33,469 nt of DNA from Anaerolineae bacterium. GTDB lineage: Bacteria > Chloroflexota > Anaerolineae > Epilineales > Epilineaceae. Below are positions 27,900-33,469 of the stretch, in pieces (position 1 is the first letter of the stretch; the number at the start of each line of letters is the position of its first letter). The stretch spans positions 1-33,469 of the forward strand of contig JAJCYU010000205.1 in the NCBI GenBank assembly GCA_029262755.1, given 5' to 3'. Both the position numbers and the translations under genes were made by a program. The notes under the pieces were generated by a model that searched no databases, was not told where the DNA came from, and saw nothing but the letters and a program-made list of their open reading frames with translations.

Positions 27900-28490
27900 T
27901 CAGCGATCATCGCTCGCCGCCTCGACTGCGGCGGCCGACGTGGCAACGGCGTTGGCGCCGTCGTTGCGCATCCGAGCTTCGACCGTCTGCCACGCGATGG
28001 CAGCACGTGTCGCGACCGCCGCGATGGCCGTCGCGCGTACGTCTTCATCGCGCAGCAGCTCTCCTGCCTCGTCGCGCAACCGCGCGACCTCCGTGCCGAT
28101 CGCCGCCTCCGCGGTGGCGGCCGCGTGTTCTGCGCTGGAGCGCAGATCGGCCTCGGCCGTCGCGCGGAAACGAGCAGCTTCCGTGGCGATTACCGCTTCC
28201 GCCGTCTCGCGCACGTCGCCGACCTTATCCCGGATGGCCGCTTCCGCCGTGCCCCGCGCACTGGCCGCCTCCTCCGCGATGGCCACCTCGAGCGTCGCCC
28301 GGGACCGGGCGGCCTGCGTGCCGACGACAGCCTGCCCTTCGGCGGCGGCTGTTCCGGCCGCTTCCTCTGCACTCTGGCGCAATTGGCGGCGCGCCGAGGG
28401 ACTGCACGCGGATGCGAAGCTGCCCAGGATTAGCGCTACAACGAGGACCGTTGCGGCGCGTCCCGTCAACGTTGCGGAGGCTCGCCTCAT
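27900..28490 (-). CDS. Putative alanine-rich lipoprotein with 15-residue repeats
   Basis: ATGA overlap with the upstream gene; basic N-terminus, hydrophobic stretch and lipobox-like FASA/C; six 15-aa repeats mostly ending in TAE. Confidence 0.7.
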   Translation of the reverse strand: MRRASATLTGRAATVLVVALILGSFASACSPSARRQLRQSAEEAAGTAAAEGQAVVGTQAARSRATLEVAIAEEAASARGTAEAAIRDKVGDVRETAEAVIATEAARFRATAEADLRSSAEHAAATAEAAIGTEVARLRDEAGELLRDEDVRATAIAAVATRAAIAWQTVEARMRNDGANAVATSAAAVEAASDDR

Positions 28491-28876
28491 GCCGCGTCGA
28501 TGCTCGCGCTGCATCGCACGCGCAGGTGAGCGTCCTCGCCGCGCACGTCGACGTAGAAGTTGTCGCCGCCGAAGTTCGAGGAGCGATGCAGCCGCATCTC
28601 TGCGTGGGCATGGTCGTCCGGTCCGATGTCATGCTCCGTGGCATCGATCCGCAGCTCCAACTCGCCGCTGTCCTCGGTGATGTTGACGTGGAATGCGGCA
28701 TCGACGATGCCCCGATCGCCTTCGAGGACCTTGTGGGCCTCTGGGCTGCGCCAACGCTCGATACCGTTGATAGTGACGCGTAGGCTCCACTCGGCGCGCC
28801 CCACGCGTTCCGGGTTGGCAAGCGCTTGGAACTCATCGATTCGAAAGTTGACACGCTGCCGCTTCGACTCGGTCAT
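28487..28876 (-). CDS. Hypothetical beta-rich protein (possible C2-like fold)
   Basis: AGGAG RBS, ATG start, coding-type codon bias; alternating beta-strand pattern and LRIDATEHDIGPDD loop. Confidence 0.75.
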   Translation of the reverse strand: MTESKRQRVNFRIDEFQALANPERVGRAEWSLRVTINGIERWRSPEAHKVLEGDRGIVDAAFHVNITEDSGELELRIDATEHDIGPDDHAHAEMRLHRSSNFGGDNFYVDVRGEDAHLRVRCSASIDAA

Positions 28877-28913
28877 GGAAGGCTCCTAGTAGGGAGGTGC
28901 AGCCGGCGCGGCG

Positions 28914-28942
28914 ACGATAGCGGGGGGCTCATGCGGCCGCAA
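28914..28942 (-). promoter_or_regulatory. Sigma70-type promoter of the minus-strand operon ending in folK
   Basis: Minus strand TTGCGG-17 bp-TATCGT, ~37 bp upstream of the ATG at 28876. Confidence 0.55.
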
Positions 28943-28967
28943 GTGGTTGCGCGGTCCCGCCGATCAC

Positions 28968-28996
28968 TTGACAGAACGTATACCGAACCGTAGGAT
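28968..28996 (+). promoter_or_regulatory. Sigma70-type lexA promoter
   Basis: TTGACA-17 bp-TAGGAT. Confidence 0.8.
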
Positions 28997-29009
28997 AGAA
29001 CGCATGAAC

Positions 29010-29023
29010 GGAACACCTGTTCC
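29010..29023. promoter_or_regulatory. LexA operator (GAAC-N4-GTTC, Gram-positive/Chloroflexota type)
   Basis: GGAACACCTGTTCC between the lexA promoter and its RBS. Confidence 0.85.
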
Positions 29024-29048
29024 CGGGTGTTCGCGATCGGAGGTAGTC

Positions 29049-29720
29049 ATGACCCGTGCAGAGCGGCCCCTCAACGAGCGACAACGATTGATCCTGCGCT
29101 TCATCGCCTCGCAACTCGAAGAGAGCGGGTACCCGCCCACGATTCGCGAGATCGGCAACGACGTCGGCATCTCGTCGACCAGCGTGGTCAACTACCACCT
29201 CAACAAGCTCAAAGAGCGCGGCCTGATCGAGCGCGACGACCGCGTGTCGCGCGGCCTGAAGCTTACCCGTGGCGCCGGTGCGTACCTCGACGCCCCCATG
29301 AGCTCCAATGACGTGGGCGGGAACATGATCCGCTTGCCGCTCCTGGGTCAGATTGCGGCAGGGCAGCCGATCGCCGTGCTCGACCAGCCCGATCCCGAGA
29401 GCTTCATCGAGGTCTCCGGCGATATGGTGGGGGCCAGAGAGGAAGTCTTCGCGTTGCACGTCAAGGGCAACTCGATGATCGATGCATTGATCAACGACGG
29501 CGACATCGTGGTCCTGCAGCACGCCGACACGGCAGAGAACGGTGAGATGGTCGCGGCGTGGATCGAAGACCGGGAAGAGACGACGCTCAAGCGCTTCTAT
29601 CGCGAGAACGGCCGCATTCGTCTGCAACCCGCGAACCCGACCATGGAGCCCATCTTCGAGCGTGATGACAACGTGCGCATCCAGGGCAAGGTCATCGCGG
29701 TGATTCGCAGCGTCGCCTGA
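29049..29720 (+). CDS. lexA: SOS repressor LexA
   Basis: GGAGGT RBS; GYPPTIREIG...SSTSVVNYHL HTH; IAAGQP cleavage site; GNSM (Ser) and TLKRF (Lys) catalytic dyad. Confidence 0.97.
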   Translation: MTRAERPLNERQRLILRFIASQLEESGYPPTIREIGNDVGISSTSVVNYHLNKLKERGLIERDDRVSRGLKLTRGAGAYLDAPMSSNDVGGNMIRLPLLGQIAAGQPIAVLDQPDPESFIEVSGDMVGAREEVFALHVKGNSMIDALINDGDIVVLQHADTAENGEMVAAWIEDREETTLKRFYRENGRIRLQPANPTMEPIFERDDNVRIQGKVIAVIRSVA

Positions 29721-29863
29721 GAGCGCCACCCGAGGGCTCTGGCCGCGCAGCACTTCGGTTCCGTACCGGTTCGGTAGCGCGGGTTCGACAGCACAATTCG
29801 AAACTCCGTAGGGTCCGGCCGCAATCCGTTCTCGGCTAGGGGCCCCTTCGGTCTGTCGCCATA

Positions 29864-29869
29864 TATAAT
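29864..29869 (+). promoter_or_regulatory. Consensus -10 hexamer upstream of tal
   Basis: TATAAT 42 bp before the ATG in otherwise GC-rich DNA; no good -35. Confidence 0.5.
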
Positions 29870-29911
29870 GGCCGCACGCCGCCGCTGTCGCTTGCCTCGG
29901 GAGAACCTCGC

Positions 29912-31045
29912 ATGAACTCGACAAACCCATTGTGCCGTCTGCTCGACGAGGGTCAGAGCCCGTGGTTGGACCAGCTGCGGCGCGAATGGCTGGCGGATGG
30001 CACCATGCAGGCCTTCGTGGACGCGGACTGCGTTCAAGGCGTCACCTCGAATCCCTCCATCTTCAAAGGCGCCCTCCAGGGAAGCGAGGCCTACGGGGAG
30101 CAGATCGGTTCCCTGGTTGCCGCGGGTCTGGACCCGGAAGCGATCTACGACCGGCTCACCCTGGACGATATCCAGGGGACCTGCGACCTCTTTCGCGGCC
30201 TGTACGACGAAACGGCGGGCCGCGACGGCTACGTGAGCCACGAGGTGACCCCGGCCCTCGCCTACGACACGGCCGGCACGATCGCCGAGGCGCGCCGCTT
30301 GTGGAACGCCATCGATCGTCCCAACCTCATGATCAAGATTCCCGCCACAAACGAGGGCATCCCTGCGGTGCGCACTTGTCTGCGCGAAGGCATCAACGTC
30401 AACATCACGCTGATGTTCTCGCTGTGCCACTACGATGCGGTTGCCGAGGCCTACTTGGCCGGGCTCGAAGAGCGTTTGGAGGACGGTCATCCGCTCGATC
30501 ATGTCGCGTCGGTCGCCAGCTTCTTCGTCAGCAGGGTCGACAGCCACGTGGATGCGCGTCTGGACACGCTCGCGGCGGCGGGGCTCGAAGGTGCAGCTGC
30601 GCTACGCGGTGAGGCGGCGGTGGCCAACGCGCGCCGGGCGTGGCGGAGGGCGGCCGAGGTGTTCGGCAGCTCGCGCTTCGCTCGGCTGGCCCGCAGCGGG
30701 GCAAACGTGCAGCGCGTACTCTGGGCCAGCACCTCGACGAAGAACCCCGCCTATCGCGACGTGAAGTACGTCGAGGAGCTGATCGGGCCGGACACGGTCA
30801 ACACGTTGCCGCTGAAGACGCTTGAGGCCTTCCGCGACCACGGCGTCGTCGCGCGTACGATCGATGCGCCCGGTACGATGGTGCGTGCCGATGAGGTCAT
30901 CGGCTCCCTGTGCGGGATGGGCATCGACCTGGAAGAGGTCGGTCAGACCCTCTCACGCGACGGGGTGGCCGCGTTCCAGGCGGCGCTCGACGACGTGATG
31001 GCCACCGTCCGAGACCAGGTGGCGCAGCGCTCCGCCCGGGTCTAA
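29912..31045 (+). CDS. tal: Transaldolase (long, type 2)
   Basis: GQSPWLD, GVTSNPSIF, LMIKIPAT (Schiff-base Lys), INVNITLMFS, ASFFVSRVD, LWASTSTKNP. Confidence 0.96.
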   Translation: MNSTNPLCRLLDEGQSPWLDQLRREWLADGTMQAFVDADCVQGVTSNPSIFKGALQGSEAYGEQIGSLVAAGLDPEAIYDRLTLDDIQGTCDLFRGLYDETAGRDGYVSHEVTPALAYDTAGTIAEARRLWNAIDRPNLMIKIPATNEGIPAVRTCLREGINVNITLMFSLCHYDAVAEAYLAGLEERLEDGHPLDHVASVASFFVSRVDSHVDARLDTLAAAGLEGAAALRGEAAVANARRAWRRAAEVFGSSRFARLARSGANVQRVLWASTSTKNPAYRDVKYVEELIGPDTVNTLPLKTLEAFRDHGVVARTIDAPGTMVRADEVIGSLCGMGIDLEEVGQTLSRDGVAAFQAALDDVMATVRDQVAQRSARV

Positions 31046-31181
31046 GGGCTCACCAAACGATAGAAGGCGCTATTCGGCCACCGCTAGACAGCCTCATCGC
31101 CCCGCTGCTCCTACGCAATGGCGCTGCCCCATGTCTAGCGAAGACCGCGTGCAGGCGCGGCGCATCGAGCTCGCACGTAGC

Positions 31182-32252
31182 TCAGCGGCCCGCGCGAGCC
31201 TTGGTGGTCGCAGCGGCCGCGGATGCGGGGCGGGCACCACATACGCCGGAGACGAACAGGTCGAGGCCGAGCACGGCGTCCATCCGACCAGTCTTCACGC
31301 CCACATCGATCGCGAGCAAGCGCTCGAGCGCTTGGGGCAAGAATTCCGGCGAGAATCGGCGCGCCTGAGAAGCTACCTTACGGGCCACGAAGGGCGCTAC
31401 ACCCATGGCGGATGCGAGCGCGGCCGGCTGGGCGCCCGCGTCCAACAGCGCGCGCGCTCGGGTGATGAGGCGAAACTGGCGAGCGATGAGCGACAGGAGC
31501 CGAAGCGGGTGTTCGCCGTCGTCGAGGAAGCGATGGAGCTGCGTGGATGCCCGCGGTCCGTCGCGCTCGGCCAAGGCGTCGACAAGCCGAAACACGCTGT
31601 CGATGCCGACCGGCGTCACGAGGAGCGCGACGTCCGCAACAGTGACGGGCCGGTCGCCGGCGTAGGTCAATAGTTTCAGGATCTCGCCGTCCGCCAATCG
31701 CAGATCGAGCGTGCCGTCTCGTAGCAGCGCATCGGCCAGCGCTGCCGCGGCCGGTCGTTCCACCGTACCGCCGTGGGTCTGTGCACGACGCGCGATCCAC
31801 GAAGGAAGTTCGCCCGCACGCGGCGGCGCGAAGGCGCGGATGAGCGCCGCCTCGTCCGGCACGGGCTGCTCCGCACGCCATGCGGTCGCCCATGCGAGGA
31901 TCGGGTTGCGCTTGTCGAGCTTGCCCTCTGCAAGGACGAGCCTCGTTGTGGGCGGCATCGTCGGCAGGTAGGCGGTCAAGGCCGCGGCCAATGCCTTCCG
32001 TCCCGCCAGGCTCTTGTCGCCGCCCCGGCTGTTGCAGCGGCCGACGAGTCCTTCCACGACCACGAGCCTGCGCTCGCTCAGGAAGGGCGCGGCGTCGGCC
32101 GCTTCTTGCAGTTTGCCTACGGTCAGCCGCCGCCCGTCCAGTTGGGTTGAGTTCAGCTCCGCGACGGGATCTTCCTCCGCGAGCCGCTTGCGCAGGCCGC
32201 CCACGGTCTCTGCAATCGTGAAGGGGTCGTCACCGTAAAACAGATAGAGCAT
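31182..32252 (-). CDS. holA: DNA polymerase III subunit delta
   Basis: MLYLFYGDDPF, APFLSERRLVVV, EILKLLTY, VFRLVDAL, LLAIDVGVKTG; ATG 32264 is an alternative start. Confidence 0.93.
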   Translation of the reverse strand: MLYLFYGDDPFTIAETVGGLRKRLAEEDPVAELNSTQLDGRRLTVGKLQEAADAAPFLSERRLVVVEGLVGRCNSRGGDKSLAGRKALAAALTAYLPTMPPTTRLVLAEGKLDKRNPILAWATAWRAEQPVPDEAALIRAFAPPRAGELPSWIARRAQTHGGTVERPAAAALADALLRDGTLDLRLADGEILKLLTYAGDRPVTVADVALLVTPVGIDSVFRLVDALAERDGPRASTQLHRFLDDGEHPLRLLSLIARQFRLITRARALLDAGAQPAALASAMGVAPFVARKVASQARRFSPEFLPQALERLLAIDVGVKTGRMDAVLGLDLFVSGVCGARPASAAAATTKARAGR

Positions 32253-32357
32253 GGGGCGTCTCATGGGAGCTGGTTGCAATGGGGATCGAGGCGAGCATGT
32301 GGTCTACGAATACGGGGCATTTCGGCAAGTGGTCGGCCGACGGGCAATCCGAGTCCG

Positions 32358-33071
32358 CTACCGCTCCGCGTCCGGATAGCCGACGGGCTCAGCCTTATCG
32401 TTCGCCGGCGCAGATGCACGATGCGTTCCGCCCGGTCCCGTCGTCGTTGCCCCGTTGTCGGGACGATCGTCGCGGCGGTGGGCATCGTCCGGATGCTCGC
32501 CGGCCGCCCAACCACGCGGCGCGTCTTGCACGTCGGACCGAGCACGACTGCCGTCATCGCGGTCCTCGATCTGCACGCGGTGAACGACGTGCTTGCCACG
32601 TTCACTACGTACGACCGATACCAAGCGCGCATCGGCGGCGCGGGGAAGCGTGGTGACATGCTTCTGGGCCATCGGGCCAAGCGGCTTGCTTGCCACGCCG
32701 GCCAACGTTCCGGCGAGCATCAAGCGCGGCAGCGTTTCCAGCGCGTGTTCTTTGCGACCACCCTGTCGGAGGTGGTTGATGGCCAAGAGGGTGGTGAGAC
32801 CGGTGACCATCCCGCCCACGACGAGGTTCGTGCCGCAGTGGGGATGAATGGCCAGATGCGGCTCTGCGTCGAGCCGGGCCATGGCCTCGCGCACCGCAGA
32901 CTCGACCTCGACCGGATCGACGCTGCCGTATAGCCAGAAACCGCGGCTGTCCGATCGGCCGGCCATCGACAGGCCGGGATCGCGCGCCGAAAGAATGTGG
33001 ACCGCCGCGTGCTCGATGGCGTGGTTGCGTCGCGTACGGCGGATGAAGGGAATGTCTTCGAGCAGGCTCAT
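32358..33071 (-). CDS. DUF6391-like protein with a disordered C-terminal tail
   Basis: AAGGAAGG RBS; RRNHAIEHAAVHIL, GFWLYG and LAIHPHCGTNL motifs (family name from memory). Confidence 0.75.
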   Translation of the reverse strand: MSLLEDIPFIRRTRRNHAIEHAAVHILSARDPGLSMAGRSDSRGFWLYGSVDPVEVESAVREAMARLDAEPHLAIHPHCGTNLVVGGMVTGLTTLLAINHLRQGGRKEHALETLPRLMLAGTLAGVASKPLGPMAQKHVTTLPRAADARLVSVVRSERGKHVVHRVQIEDRDDGSRARSDVQDAPRGWAAGEHPDDAHRRDDRPDNGATTTGPGGTHRASAPANDKAEPVGYPDAER

Positions 33072-33189
33072 CGTGCGTGCCTTCCTTGGGTAACGGCCCA
33101 TTGAAGGGCCCTTGCGGTCGGCGAGCGATCCGCCGGACGGGCGCGGGCCGCGCCGCCGATCGGTGGTACGAAGCACACCGGGGCTGGTT

Positions 33190-33469
33190 TCAGGTGCGCG
33201 TCTCGTTTGGGTCTGCGTCAAGGCCGGCCGTTTCTGCCGCCGATGGGCCCAGAACTGCGGCCATCTGCCGAAGAGCTTCGTCGAGATCTTCCATCGAGGC
33301 CGCGTAGGACAGACGTAGGAACCCGTCGCCACCGGGGCCGAAGCCCGTGCCGGGCAACAATGCGACCCCGGCTTTGTCGAGCAGTGTCTCCGCCAGATCC
33401 TGCGACGACAGACCCGTAGCCGTGATGTTCGGGAAGGCATAGAAGGCCCCAGCCGGCAACGTGCAGCGG
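33190..33469 (-). CDS. 3' end of a class I/II PLP-dependent aminotransferase (truncated by window edge)
   Basis: PAGAFYAFPNI...AGVALLPGTGFG...GFLRLSYA. Confidence 0.9.
   Translation of the reverse strand, partial: RCTLPAGAFYAFPNITATGLSSQDLAETLLDKAGVALLPGTGFGPGGDGFLRLSYAASMEDLDEALRQMAAVLGPSAAETAGLDADPNETRT

Overview
High-GC bacterial chromosomal window. Gene content (Gram-positive-type LexA box, SufU, HolA, DUF6391-like gene, Pro/Thr-linker secreted proteins) suggests Chloroflexota, but this is an inference. The first 10.2 kb holds two tandem paralogous giant secreted proteins, each a DUF11-repeat stalk plus a shared ~600-aa, four-repeat, Cys-rich C-terminal block; the second also has a CHRD domain. 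Next come a structured convergent intergenic region, a secreted beta-propeller protein and a split SUF locus: sufBCDU, then on the opposite strand an A-type carrier gene, sufS, fumC and a Zn-ribbon/CBM9-like gene, then a divergent sufR-like regulator. The rest contains a membrane protein, an Asp-box/DNRLRE surface protein, a four-gene minus-strand operon ending in folK, lexA, tal, holA, a DUF6391-like gene and a truncated aminotransferase. No mobile element, CRISPR array, rRNA or tRNA was recognised. Best leads: (1) a possible strand-complementation surface-display system linking the C-terminal FIPFVVKG tail to the repeat block of the giant proteins; (2) concerted loss of a putative isopeptide triad in the CHRD-bearing repeat; (3) a shared candidate SufR operator at both SUF promoters; (4) direct-repeat-flanked in-frame insertions in sufU and fumC; (5) unusual GAAC arrays around lexA; (6) a candidate ncRNA. 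All family assignments are by eye from motifs; no searches were run.
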